Part shown: piece after piece, positions 28,000-37,528 of the stretch
How the letters are laid out: each line of letters begins with the position of its first letter
Numbering within the stretch: the first letter of the stretch is position 1
Virus record (IMG/VR): IMGVR_UViG_3300042259_000065
Direction: 5' to 3' (one strand)
Origin: a virus
Lineage: Duplodnaviria > Heunggongvirae > Uroviricota > Caudoviricetes
Length of the DNA stretch: 64,000 nucleotides
Notes under the pieces: model-generated
What the model saw: the letters and a program-made list of their open reading frames with translations, nothing else
Told to the model about the DNA's origin: nothing
The model's database searches: none
Position numbers and translations under genes: made by a program

Positions 28000-28547
28000 A
28001 ACATTTTCTCCACGTCATAAACCCAAGATTGCATGTACATTTGAACAAGATCTTCCACCAAAGTTTTACTATCTGGAGTAAGATTATAATCTTCTTTGAG
28101 TCTCAAGAGCAAGTAATCTTTCCTCCAATATTTAACTTTCTTGCGCATCTCAGTGACATACATATAATGAAACTTTTCTTGGGAGTTGTCCAGTTTAAGA
28201 TATTCTCCCATATTAATCAACATATCTGGAAAAGAAATTCCATACTTTTCTTGAATACGTGCTTTTTGATAAAGTTTCAGATATCGGCCTTCTAACATGT
28301 TGACCGCTGATTCCAGCACACCTCTGCAGCGACCCGGTTCATTATAAGGATTAATATCACAATTATCTTCATAGAACATATGAGAATGGTCGAGAACAGG
28401 CTTCTCAGGTGGATTACCATGTATAGCACAATTACCCCCTTGTTCACGAAGTTTCTCTTCTCTAACATCCTTCACATCCGTAGATTTAACCCACATTCTA
28501 TCATCAAGAATTATTGACTTCGAGCGTCTCTTTCTACGTTTAGGCAT
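27996..28547 (-). CDS. Endonuclease VII-like Holliday-junction resolvase
   Basis: GNCAIHGNPPEKPVLDHSH...GRCRGVLESAVNMLEG parallels the T4 gp49 zinc/catalytic region. Confidence 0.6.
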   Translation of the reverse strand: MPKRRKRRSKSIILDDRMWVKSTDVKDVREEKLREQGGNCAIHGNPPEKPVLDHSHMFYEDNCDINPYNEPGRCRGVLESAVNMLEGRYLKLYQKARIQEKYGISFPDMLINMGEYLKLDNSQEKFHYMYVTEMRKKVKYWRKDYLLLRLKEDYNLTPDSKTLVEDLVQMYMQSWVYDVEKMF

Positions 28548-29160
28548 TAACCTTCCTTAGATAAGCTTTACCAATATAATATGCATCAGGGATATCATGT
28601 GCACCAGTTGGTTTACTCTTTGATGAAGTTGTATAACCATCTACCAACCAAGCATCTTGAGTATTACACAGAGCTTTCTTCACCCACTTTTTCTCTTTCA
28701 TCGGATTGAGCTTAGGTTTCTTACTCTTGAGGTAAATAATACCGTTCTTGTCAGAAGCATACTGTTCATCACCAATCAAATCTTCTCGTGCAATAGATTT
28801 AACTTCTGTTGGTGTAACAGTGATAATATCTTCTGGTAAAATCAAACCTTTCTCACAAAGAGTTGTTGTAATGTGGTAAAACAATCCACCAAGTTGAAAA
28901 ACTCTATCACCTTTTGCACCAAAGGCAAGTCCTTCAAAGACAAGTTTCTCTGGTTTATGTTTCATGAAGAATTCTTCATATTGGTGCATAAGGTACATCA
29001 ACTGTTGTTGCATAGTAGGGAAGTATTCACCAAACACTTTATCTTCATTACTCTTGTTGACATCACCTGTATGGAAGACTTCTCTGTCAATAGGAATACC
29101 ATCTTTGAAGACAACAACCGCAAAATTACTATAGGATTGGTCATTTGCAAAGATTATCAT
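28540..29160 (-). CDS. Hypothetical protein
   Basis: 206-aa ORF. Confidence 0.45.
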   Translation of the reverse strand: MIIFANDQSYSNFAVVVFKDGIPIDREVFHTGDVNKSNEDKVFGEYFPTMQQQLMYLMHQYEEFFMKHKPEKLVFEGLAFGAKGDRVFQLGGLFYHITTTLCEKGLILPEDIITVTPTEVKSIAREDLIGDEQYASDKNGIIYLKSKKPKLNPMKEKKWVKKALCNTQDAWLVDGYTTSSKSKPTGAHDIPDAYYIGKAYLRKVNA

Positions 29161-29303
29161 TCACCCCCCTCAGTTTGTGGTTTGATATAACCATTATAAT
29201 TCAACCAATCCCACAGATGTCTGCAATCACCGACTTCAACAGAGGTTTCCCATACTTCACCAAAATCGATTAGTGATAAAGGTTCTACACATTCATCTTC
29301 CAT

Positions 29304-30893
29304 TTATTTCGCCTTCAACACACTTTTCATTTCATAATGATCTTCAAAACTAATTGATTCAAGTTTCGATTTGATAATATCAATTCGTTCAGCAGCATCT
29401 ACTTTCTTCAAAGATTTAATACCAACCATATCTTCTTTGAGAATGCTCTCCACTAGAGACATCACTTGCTTAATATTATCTTCATTACCAACATACACTT
29501 TTTGTGGTGAATAGTAAAGATTGTTGTTGGTGATTTTTGAATAATCTACCTCAAAACGATCAAGCAAATCCATTACGGTAGATTTATCATCCTTACCTTC
29601 CAACATGTAGGCCAATTGGTAATGCTTTTGTAAGTAGGATAATGTATCTTCATCAACCTCTGTACCATCCCATGCAGTGTAGGTTAATCCATTCGGAAAC
29701 CACTCATAATACTTATCTACAACTAATTGCCATACTTCATGGGAAGTTTTAAGTCCTGCAAAATCTTTGTAGAAACTTTCATCCCCATAACCTTTGCCGA
29801 AGTGTTCAAAATTCTCAGGTAAGTATTTTCTAGGAGAGTACTCATCAGCCTGATCTCCCATCAAAATTTGATAGGCAAAAAAGACACTACCTCCTCCCTT
29901 GACTTCACCCTTTTTCATCTCGATATAACCCACATCTTCATCGAAATCTTTTATTAACCAACATTGTGGATTATTGAAGTGAAAAGTCTTAGCCCAGTCT
30001 TGTAGGACTCCTCGTTTAGAACGTGCGTCTTTATCATTTGCAGATTTTACAGCTTTTATTTTAGTTCCTGTTGCTCTTGCATAGTCATAAGCTCTTGCAC
30101 AGACTGCATCAACCACCTCATCAGCTTCGAGTAGTTTAGGAGCTACAACTGTATCATAATTATCAATCAAATGTTGACGAGCTTCAGATAATAGGATGGG
30201 TCTAACATCAGACCTACTACTCTTGTACTGGTGGGGTACTAAAACACTATGGCGGTGAGTTGGTCCAGATCCTACGACAGGACGTAACTTTTTGAGTCGT
30301 GATTGAACAAGACAAGCATCTAACCATTTGTCAATATAGTACTTACAAACCTCTAGGGAGTTTTCAAATTTAATACCATCAATAATTGCACCATTTTCAT
30401 ACTTTAGGCGTTTAGATTGTGTGATTTCAAAATCTGCCATAGTATAAGGTTCTAGCCCAGCAACCTCTCTTGAGATATTGATGTCATAAAGAAAACTTCC
30501 AGAACCTATCTTATCACCCTTAGTCTTACCTTTGAACTCGGTTTTGTTTTTGAACTCTTGTTCTTTTGGTAAAACAAGTTTCTTATCTTCTAGGGATTCT
30601 TCTTTAATTTTCTTAACTATAATAAAATCTTCTTCTACACTCGAAGCACACTTGTATGGAATACCATCATAATCTCCCCACAATACTGCATCCTCATCTA
30701 CAATGTCAAAGAAATTATCTTTAATTTGTAAAGGGTAAAGAAGTTCATTATCTTGTTTGCTACGAATGAATTTATCTTGGCGAATATTCTCACCACTATC
30801 TACCACCTGCACTGAAGGTTTAAAACTCATTGAGAATTTATTTGTCATTCTTCCTCCTACAAAACATGGATTATATTCCCAACAATAATACAT
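29304..30893 (-). CDS. Large hypothetical protein (529 aa)
   Basis: Long uninterrupted ORF with no motif I could recognise. Confidence 0.5.
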   Translation of the reverse strand: MYYCWEYNPCFVGGRMTNKFSMSFKPSVQVVDSGENIRQDKFIRSKQDNELLYPLQIKDNFFDIVDEDAVLWGDYDGIPYKCASSVEEDFIIVKKIKEESLEDKKLVLPKEQEFKNKTEFKGKTKGDKIGSGSFLYDINISREVAGLEPYTMADFEITQSKRLKYENGAIIDGIKFENSLEVCKYYIDKWLDACLVQSRLKKLRPVVGSGPTHRHSVLVPHQYKSSRSDVRPILLSEARQHLIDNYDTVVAPKLLEADEVVDAVCARAYDYARATGTKIKAVKSANDKDARSKRGVLQDWAKTFHFNNPQCWLIKDFDEDVGYIEMKKGEVKGGGSVFFAYQILMGDQADEYSPRKYLPENFEHFGKGYGDESFYKDFAGLKTSHEVWQLVVDKYYEWFPNGLTYTAWDGTEVDEDTLSYLQKHYQLAYMLEGKDDKSTVMDLLDRFEVDYSKITNNNLYYSPQKVYVGNEDNIKQVMSLVESILKEDMVGIKSLKKVDAAERIDIIKSKLESISFEDHYEMKSVLKAK

Positions 30894-30917
30894 TATTAGG
30901 AATATAATCCTATAAAA

Positions 30918-31142
30918 TTAACCCCAGATTTCTACAACCTTGATTGCATCTGGATAGTCTTCTAAATCATCAGGATGAATGCTTTCCGCCATATATGAAT
31001 CATCTTCAATATAAGAAACCCCTGCACCACTACACATCATACTACATTGACCATGGTCTGCATACACACGAACTTGTGTATCACCACTTACACCAGAGTC
31101 TTTTAAATCCTGTAGTTCAACTATAAGTTCATTTAGTGTCAT
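30918..31142 (-). CDS. Hypothetical small acidic protein
   Basis: 74-aa ORF. Confidence 0.4.
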   Translation of the reverse strand: MTLNELIVELQDLKDSGVSGDTQVRVYADHGQCSMMCSGAGVSYIEDDSYMAESIHPDDLEDYPDAIKVVEIWG

Positions 31143-31153
31143 AGTGTACCCCT

Positions 31154-31471
31154 TTATTTTACATACTTCTTAGCAATTTCAATTTGATCGATAACGTTCT
31201 CCAGTTTAGTAATATTCTCACTTACTTTACCATCAGTCATCTCAGAAACAGTATTTTTCACAAATGCTGAGTAATCTCCTTTTTTGCTGTCTGAATCTAT
31301 CTTTTCCTTATACACGTCAAAACCTTTGGCAATGGCATCTTTGATAGCTTCTTGTGCAGACTGAATCTCTAATGTGAGATTATAAACTGTCTGAACACAA
31401 TTCTGCATTGCACCACCATCTTTCTCTGGTTGAGTGAATGTAATTTGTGTGTTAATGTTTTCTATTGTCAT
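31154..31471 (-). CDS. Hypothetical protein
   Basis: 105-aa ORF. Confidence 0.45.
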   Translation of the reverse strand: MTIENINTQITFTQPEKDGGAMQNCVQTVYNLTLEIQSAQEAIKDAIAKGFDVYKEKIDSDSKKGDYSAFVKNTVSEMTDGKVSENITKLENVIDQIEIAKKYVK

Positions 31472-31498
31472 ATTTATTTCTCCTTTGTTAAATTAATC

Positions 31499-32473
31499 TT
31501 ATTGACCAGTAGATGCAACAGGAACACCAATTGCACGTAGGTTTGTTTCACCGATAATAGTTGTCGGTACATTACCTACAGATTTACTATAAAGAACAGC
31601 TTCATTATCCAGACGTTGTTTTTCAAGAATCTCTGGTGTCAAAGATTTAGTAAGTTTCAAGTTAGCATCTGCAATAAGTTTAATCGCTTCTGCTTCACCT
31701 TGTGCTTTAGCAATTGCTGCATTTTTATGTGCAGTAGCTTCCGTGGTTAATTTATAAGCCTCTGCATCTGCAGCTTCCCGTTTCTTGTTTGCTTCACCTA
31801 CAGCTTCTTGTTTCTTAATCAGAGCGTTGGTGATTGCAATACGTTCCTCAGACTTCTTACGTTCCTCTTGTTGGATACGTTCTTGAGTATCAAGAATCTG
31901 TTTTGCAATACGTGGGTCAAATTCAATATCTTGGACAAGAACCTCTTGAATATCAATCCCTGTACCGTCCATTTGTTCCACTAAACGTTGTTTTGTATTC
32001 TCCTGCATAATAGATACCGTATCTGAGTTTGCTAATCCACGAGAATCTTGTACTTTCCGACCTTCATCCCTCACAATAGAACGTAGGTATTGTCGTAGAG
32101 TCTTATCTACATATTCCTGTGCGTTACCATAGTTCTGTTTAATATATGGTGTTTTTGAATCTTGAATACGATATAGAACTGTCACATTACCTGTTGAATT
32201 GAAACGGTCTTGAGTTGGGATATTGAGTCCATTTACTTCATATTTATTATTTCGTGTGTCAAACTCATCAAAACTTGAAAGAGGATTTACTGGAAAATGC
32301 AAACCTTCGCCATAATGTTGTTGATTGACTGTACCAAATGTGGTTTGTACTTTAGCAGTACCTGCTGATACTACAGTATAAGAATTTGCAAGAATGATTG
32401 CTACAGCAAACAAACCTAGACCTGTAGCAACTTTACCTTTTGTTACCTTGAATTTAGGCATTTCGTTAATCAT
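31499..32473 (-). CDS. SPFH/Band-7 (stomatin/HflC-like) membrane protein
   Basis: N-terminal TM helix, an SPFH-like core, and a long A/E/K coiled coil. Confidence 0.55.
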   Translation of the reverse strand: MINEMPKFKVTKGKVATGLGLFAVAIILANSYTVVSAGTAKVQTTFGTVNQQHYGEGLHFPVNPLSSFDEFDTRNNKYEVNGLNIPTQDRFNSTGNVTVLYRIQDSKTPYIKQNYGNAQEYVDKTLRQYLRSIVRDEGRKVQDSRGLANSDTVSIMQENTKQRLVEQMDGTGIDIQEVLVQDIEFDPRIAKQILDTQERIQQEERKKSEERIAITNALIKKQEAVGEANKKREAADAEAYKLTTEATAHKNAAIAKAQGEAEAIKLIADANLKLTKSLTPEILEKQRLDNEAVLYSKSVGNVPTTIIGETNLRAIGVPVASTGQ

Positions 32474-32549
32474 AAAACTACTCTCCTTTATTAAATTGAT
32501 TTACTTTTGTCGATATTAGTTGTAAACAGTTATTCGTTTAAAACTAAAA

Positions 32550-32753
32550 TTATTTTTTACTTTCCCACACAACACCTGCAATAAGCAGTAAATACCCTAC
32601 AATAAGCTGGATAACCCAGAATAGAGTATTAGATAGCATCAAATACCAGAAACTTAGATCAGTCTTAACTAACTGGTATATTGTATGACCTCCCCAAACA
32701 AACGTTGATGTTGCCAAAAGACTCCACCCAATAATCATCAATACATAAACCAT
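32550..32753 (-). CDS. Small membrane protein
   Basis: 67 aa with two hydrophobic helices. Confidence 0.4.
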   Translation of the reverse strand: MVYVLMIIGWSLLATSTFVWGGHTIYQLVKTDLSFWYLMLSNTLFWVIQLIVGYLLLIAGVVWESKK

Positions 32754-32766
32754 TATTATCTCCTAA

Positions 32767-33453
32767 TTAATAAACAAAAGAACTTAAACCACCTAAGTCT
32801 TCCACTGACAAAAATAAACTACTTTTAATTATCTTAGCTTTATCAAATACTACATCATCTCGAACATCTTGTCCAGCTTTAAATACAAAATATTCACCTG
32901 AACGTTCACATGTGATGTCACCATAACGTCCTTGAGATTCAATATACGCAATCTCTGCAGAAATGTCAATATCTTTTGATTCATGCACAGCTTTAGAAAG
33001 GTTACTTTCATACACAAGATTGAATGCACCAACAATATCAATTACATCTGAATAGCTTTCTAATAGGTGCAAAAGTGCTGTTTGTGCTTTATATGAATCA
33101 CCCTCGATAACAGCATCCTTATATTGTTCAAGAGCAATAGTTTTCATGTTATTACCTTTGACAACTCGATCAAACCATTGCTTGTCATCAAGCGTTAGAG
33201 GTTTGCCATCAAGCACAGCCCATTGCAGACAGGTGAATAGATTGTCTGCCAAAGCATCTGCTACTCCAACCATATCACCTTTCTCAATAGATTCTACTAA
33301 CTCGTTTTCCTTGAAACATTCTTCAAAAGTCAATTGTTGATAAAGTCCTGTATACTCTTTTGAATCAGGATTAATACCAAAAATCTGATTCCACTCAATC
33401 ACTTTTGTTTGAAAGTCTAAAATGTCTGCAAAGGTTAACTCTTTTTTAGTCAA
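32767..33453 (-). CDS. MazG-like nucleoside triphosphate pyrophosphohydrolase domain protein
   Basis: FEECFKENELVESIEKGDMVGVADALADNL resembles the MazG EExxE...D metal-binding helix pair. Confidence 0.45.
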   Translation of the reverse strand: MTKKELTFADILDFQTKVIEWNQIFGINPDSKEYTGLYQQLTFEECFKENELVESIEKGDMVGVADALADNLFTCLQWAVLDGKPLTLDDKQWFDRVVKGNNMKTIALEQYKDAVIEGDSYKAQTALLHLLESYSDVIDIVGAFNLVYESNLSKAVHESKDIDISAEIAYIESQGRYGDITCERSGEYFVFKAGQDVRDDVVFDKAKIIKSSLFLSVEDLGGLSSFVY

Positions 33454-33464
33454 TGTTGTTCTCC

Positions 33465-34583
33465 TTATAGAATGCTTTCAATATCTTCTGGTTGTTCACC
33501 AGTTACACCCATCATACGGTCTACTAGTGTGCAAATGTAAGTTGAATTAAATTCGAAGGTTGGGTCATCTTTCTTCTTATCTTTAACAGCATGGATAATC
33601 TGATGTAGGTATGCAGCATCTACACCTGTCAACTGTTCTTCAAGAACTTCTGGGTCACACAAATCCATATCATTCAACTGCATTGCCATTTTGACATAGT
33701 TACCTACATGACAAGTCCATTCACGTTTCAAGAATTTACGTGTACGGAAGATGCTTGCAAGAGGGTATTTACTTCCACTGTAAACTAATTCTTTAGCTAG
33801 AATAGCTTCAAGAGCTTTAGTGTTTGTAACAAGACCTTCTTTCATTGTCCAATAGTTTGTCGCATGGATAAAGTCATATGTATCATGAATTTTACTTGGT
33901 TCACCAAAGAATCGAATTACGAGTTGAACACGGTCACTTAGGGTAATAGCATTACTTGACATAAACACAATGCGGTACTTATCACCTTTGGGTTCTAAAG
34001 CATCCCCTGACATAATAGTTTTATCAATGTAATCTTCTGCAGCTTGAGGTTCACAGCTTTCAAAGTAGTCATACTCTTCGTCGGGGTTTTCACCCACCAT
34101 ACCAGCACTCTGGATAAAGATTTCAACACGTTCTACTTCTGACCAGTAATTTGCAGAATCAAATAGTGTGTTCAGACCTTCATCGTTTGGGTGAATAACC
34201 ATTTTACCGTTTGGGTAATACGTATTTGACTCTTTGTGTGTAAAAATAGCTGCAATATTACCTTTCTTATCTGCACCTAAATCTTCTGAAAATGTCAGAC
34301 GCAGTTTAGGTACAATTGATTTACTAACATGACCTGCTTTGGAAGCTTCATTGTTTTTGGTAATCCATTCTTGGCAATAATGACGTGTTACCACCATAGC
34401 TGCCTTTATGTTCCTAAAATACATATCAAAATCGTTCACAGGTTCTTTCAGGAACATAGATGCAATACTCCCACCTGTTACAACAACTTTGCTACCAACA
34501 TATTCTTGTAGTTCTACAGGAAGTGAATTCATCCAATCTAGAACTTTCTCTTTAATTGTTTTCTCAATAGTACGTGCTTTCAT
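33465..34583 (-). CDS. Pol-beta-superfamily nucleotidyltransferase-like protein
   Basis: VVVTGGSIASMFLKEPVNDFDMYF shows a GGS...DxD pattern spaced like CCA-adding or CD-NTase head domains. 372 aa. Confidence 0.5.
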   Translation of the reverse strand: MKARTIEKTIKEKVLDWMNSLPVELQEYVGSKVVVTGGSIASMFLKEPVNDFDMYFRNIKAAMVVTRHYCQEWITKNNEASKAGHVSKSIVPKLRLTFSEDLGADKKGNIAAIFTHKESNTYYPNGKMVIHPNDEGLNTLFDSANYWSEVERVEIFIQSAGMVGENPDEEYDYFESCEPQAAEDYIDKTIMSGDALEPKGDKYRIVFMSSNAITLSDRVQLVIRFFGEPSKIHDTYDFIHATNYWTMKEGLVTNTKALEAILAKELVYSGSKYPLASIFRTRKFLKREWTCHVGNYVKMAMQLNDMDLCDPEVLEEQLTGVDAAYLHQIIHAVKDKKKDDPTFEFNSTYICTLVDRMMGVTGEQPEDIESIL

Positions 34584-34774
34584 TAAATATTCTCCTCTTT
34601 AATATCAACAAATTCATCTAGAAATAGAAACAAAAAGCTTCCATCTGCATCAAGTTTAATTTTTGCCATAGGATGTTGTCCATCTGTGCAAACTGATACC
34701 ACTTCTCCAGTCATACCTTCATACACAGGATCTGTAATCATTACTCGTTTCATAGTGCCTCCATTCTCTGGCAA
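34583..34774 (-). CDS. Hypothetical small protein
   Basis: 63-aa ORF. Confidence 0.35.
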   Translation of the reverse strand: MPENGGTMKRVMITDPVYEGMTGEVVSVCTDGQHPMAKIKLDADGSFLFLFLDEFVDIKEENI

Positions 34775-35352
34775 ATAAAATCTTCTACATCATGCCAATT
34801 CTTAGCAAGTTTGTAATCTTGTGTTGATTCTACATCCTGTTTATATGGTGTGTCAAATAAAATTCGAAGAGTATCATTATTCTCAAATCCGTTAAGATTA
34901 TCTAGACGGTCATCTACTATTGCAAAACAACCATCCATACAATCCTTAGCATCTGTTGCAACAAAATTGATATTATCCATAAAATCAAAACTTCGTGCAA
35001 GGTAATCTTTCTTGCTTTGCATATGTGCTGGTTCTGTTACACTAATAAAGTAAATCTCAAAACCTGATTGCCATAAATTCTTTACTACTTCATAACAACC
35101 TTCTGCAAGAATTTGGTCTTCATACAGATCACTTTGTTTCCAATATTCAAAATCATCAATATGTTCTGGAAGATTGAAATATTTAGCAATATTATACTCT
35201 GCACAACCATTTTCATAATCCTTAACAAATTGCTCATAAGATTCATATGTTAAGTATTCTCGATAACTCTCAATAAGATAATGATACCAACCAACATCTA
35301 TATTCTTTGTTATAGTAAGGTCGATGTCAATTGCAATCTTTTTCTTCTGCAT
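34750..35352 (-). CDS. HAD-superfamily hydrolase (putative nucleotidase)
   Basis: IAIDIDLTIT carries a DxDxT motif I. Confidence 0.45.
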   Translation of the reverse strand: MQKKKIAIDIDLTITKNIDVGWYHYLIESYREYLTYESYEQFVKDYENGCAEYNIAKYFNLPEHIDDFEYWKQSDLYEDQILAEGCYEVVKNLWQSGFEIYFISVTEPAHMQSKKDYLARSFDFMDNINFVATDAKDCMDGCFAIVDDRLDNLNGFENNDTLRILFDTPYKQDVESTQDYKLAKNWHDVEDFICQRMEAL

Positions 35353-35650
35353 TGGATTTACCTCGATTAAATTTATCTTCTACACGGTCAATGTAGTATC
35401 GAACCTTGTTACATTCGTAACTATGGGTATTCCCTGCCTTACCAACCCCATTTTCAATAGAGATAGCTCGAACCATACTCTTGAAAATGGTAGAATAATT
35501 GAAATCATTACCTAAAATTTCATTAATCTCTTCTGTCTTAATAAAACATTTACCATCCATGTTACGTGCATTAAGTTTTTCCAATAGCCACTCTGGAATC
35601 TCAATATCGTAATATGAAGAACTTCCTCCATCAGATTTAATAGCCGACAT
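35327..35650 (-). CDS. Hypothetical protein
   Basis: 107-aa ORF. Confidence 0.4.
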   Translation of the reverse strand: MSAIKSDGGSSSYYDIEIPEWLLEKLNARNMDGKCFIKTEEINEILGNDFNYSTIFKSMVRAISIENGVGKAGNTHSYECNKVRYYIDRVEDKFNRGKSNAEEKDCN

Positions 35651-36222
35651 TATTTATCCTCTCCAAATTCTACACCAAGACTTCCATGTTCTGCTGCTTC
35701 AATTGCTGCCATATCAAACAGATGGTAAATTGTTCCTTCACCTCCATCATCTGAAATTGTAGTCTTAATATCTCTTGCAAACTCATATGTATCAACAATC
35801 TTATCTTCTTCGTTCCAATTATCAGAATGACTTACGGCATATGCAAGGTTGTCAATACCAATTGAAATCAAAAGTTTACCACTCTTTAATTCAACCTTAA
35901 GTGGCTGGGAACGTTGCTTTTCAGTGCCCATACATTTAATTTTATAAACTTCCATTTCTTGACAATATTCTTTTGATAGATAATGTCCACATTCTGTGTG
36001 ATGTTCATAAGGAATATGAGGTGTAAGTGTACCACAACCTACACAAAAACTTTTACTTTCTTTACAAATGCCGAACCACTTTAATCGTGGATCCAACTTT
36101 TCAAACTTATCTGGATGTACAGGTGTTTCTCCAAATAGTTCAATAATACTAAAAGTTACTTTGTTTGTAGGTGAAGGATTTACACCTTCTACGTAACCAA
36201 TACAATTTTCATACTTCTTCAT
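35650..36222 (-). CDS. Hypothetical Cys/His-rich protein
   Basis: CVGCGTLTPHIPYEHHTECGHY is a putative metal site. Confidence 0.45.
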   Translation of the reverse strand: MKKYENCIGYVEGVNPSPTNKVTFSIIELFGETPVHPDKFEKLDPRLKWFGICKESKSFCVGCGTLTPHIPYEHHTECGHYLSKEYCQEMEVYKIKCMGTEKQRSQPLKVELKSGKLLISIGIDNLAYAVSHSDNWNEEDKIVDTYEFARDIKTTISDDGGEGTIYHLFDMAAIEAAEHGSLGVEFGEDK

Positions 36223-36464
36223 TACTTACCCCCTAATTTATCCAAAACTTTTTGTGCTTTCTCTGCTTGTGTTGGAACAGACAGTTTACCATTACAAGCA
36301 TAGTCTTTTACAACATGCAAACTGTTTGCATAACAAGTAAATCCTGTTTCACAAGTATCTAATTTTGTCTTACCCTTCTTGTTTGGTGTTGTAAAGTATT
36401 CTACATTTGCAATAGCCTTGTCAAGTGTAATATAAGTTTTAATCATATTAAGTTTTCTCCTCAA
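36222..36464 (-). CDS. Hypothetical protein
   Basis: 80-aa ORF. Confidence 0.4.
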   Translation of the reverse strand: MRRKLNMIKTYITLDKAIANVEYFTTPNKKGKTKLDTCETGFTCYANSLHVVKDYACNGKLSVPTQAEKAQKVLDKLGGK

Positions 36465-36838
36465 CGTTTAGATTTCTTTCCAAGAATAGACGCAATTTCT
36501 TCGCTTGTCAATAATATTTTGCCACAGCATTCATCTTCTGCCTGCCTTAGATAATGTTCTAAATTAGCAATGACATTGCAAGTATGTGTATTTCCTTCCC
36601 AGAAGCGTTTCTGAGAGTATTTATTCTTAAGCAGTAGTCTTGCTTCACTTGTCTTGAAAAGGTGCTTATATTCAATCACAGGAGCCTCTAGGACTATTTT
36701 ACCAACATCTTCTGCATCACCACGATTTCTCTTGCAGAAGTAGGATATTACTTGATGATTATTGTTATCTTCATCATCATAAGTGCACATAAGTTTCCAC
36801 AATTCTTTGTGACGCTTATCATATCTTTCTGAGGTCAT
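36461..36838 (-). CDS. Hypothetical protein
   Basis: 125-aa ORF. Confidence 0.45.
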   Translation of the reverse strand: MTSERYDKRHKELWKLMCTYDDEDNNNHQVISYFCKRNRGDAEDVGKIVLEAPVIEYKHLFKTSEARLLLKNKYSQKRFWEGNTHTCNVIANLEHYLRQAEDECCGKILLTSEEIASILGKKSKR

Positions 36839-36841
36839 AAA

Positions 36842-37135
36842 CTACTCTCCAGCACTTTCAATACTGTCAGCTAAGTTTCTCAAGAAATTAGCAACTCTGT
36901 AACATTCATCTTTATTAGGTTTATGACTTGTTGGTGCACACCCGTATCCAGCACCAAAGTGACTTGTGTAAGGCACAATAAGTGTAGGTAATTCAAATTG
37001 ATCACAGATAGTGCTTAAGTATGTAGGTTTTGTTAGATAATCACCTTGATACTGTTGTGAATCTGGAATGTAACCAATAACCTCACCTCTTGCAATATTA
37101 TTCCAAAATTTAATAGCTTGTTTTTCATCCAACAT
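36842..37135 (-). CDS. Hypothetical protein
   Basis: 97-aa ORF. Confidence 0.45.
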   Translation of the reverse strand: MLDEKQAIKFWNNIARGEVIGYIPDSQQYQGDYLTKPTYLSTICDQFELPTLIVPYTSHFGAGYGCAPTSHKPNKDECYRVANFLRNLADSIESAGE

Positions 37136-37145
37136 GATCTTATCC

Positions 37146-37400
37146 TTAATAATTCCTCATATATTCTACATGTAAATCTTCTATTACACTTTTTACAACA
37201 CTAACTACATAGTCAAAATCTGTATCATGTGTCATATCTGCGCAGTGGAATTCATAACCTAATCTAAAACTTATTTCTTTGTAGATTCTGCTTTTAGACA
37301 TACCTCTTTCAGCATACTTATCAATGTATTCTTCATGAATAATTCTCTTAGCAGCTTTCAACCTCTTGTTATTCCTCTTCATAAAACCCTCCATATACAA
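37146..37400 (-). CDS. Hypothetical protein, first gene of the minus-strand block
   Basis: 84-aa ORF with a GGAGGG RBS. A promoter lies just upstream. Confidence 0.45.
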   Translation of the reverse strand: MYMEGFMKRNNKRLKAAKRIIHEEYIDKYAERGMSKSRIYKEISFRLGYEFHCADMTHDTDFDYVVSVVKSVIEDLHVEYMRNY

Positions 37401-37409
37401 ATTTCCTCA

Positions 37410-37437
37410 ATCATACCACCTCTCTCACCAAAGTCAA
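37410..37437 (-). promoter_or_regulatory. Sigma70-like promoter for the leftward block (TTGACT-16-TATGAT on the minus strand)
   Basis: On the minus strand the sequence is ttgact ttggtgagagaggtgg tatgat. An RBS and ATG at 37400 follow. Confidence 0.4.
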
Positions 37438-37472
37438 CCTTTACCTATGATAAATTTTCTACAAAATACTTA

Positions 37473-37500
37473 TTGACAACAAGATTCTGTTTGCTAAGAT
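37473..37500 (+). promoter_or_regulatory. Sigma70-like promoter for the rightward block (TTGACA-16-TAAGAT)
   Basis: ttgaca acaagattctgtttgc taagat sits ~28 nt upstream of an AAAGGAG RBS and the ATG at 37529. Confidence 0.45.
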
Positions 37501-37528
37501 TAAGGTAAATTTTGAAAAGGAGATAGTT

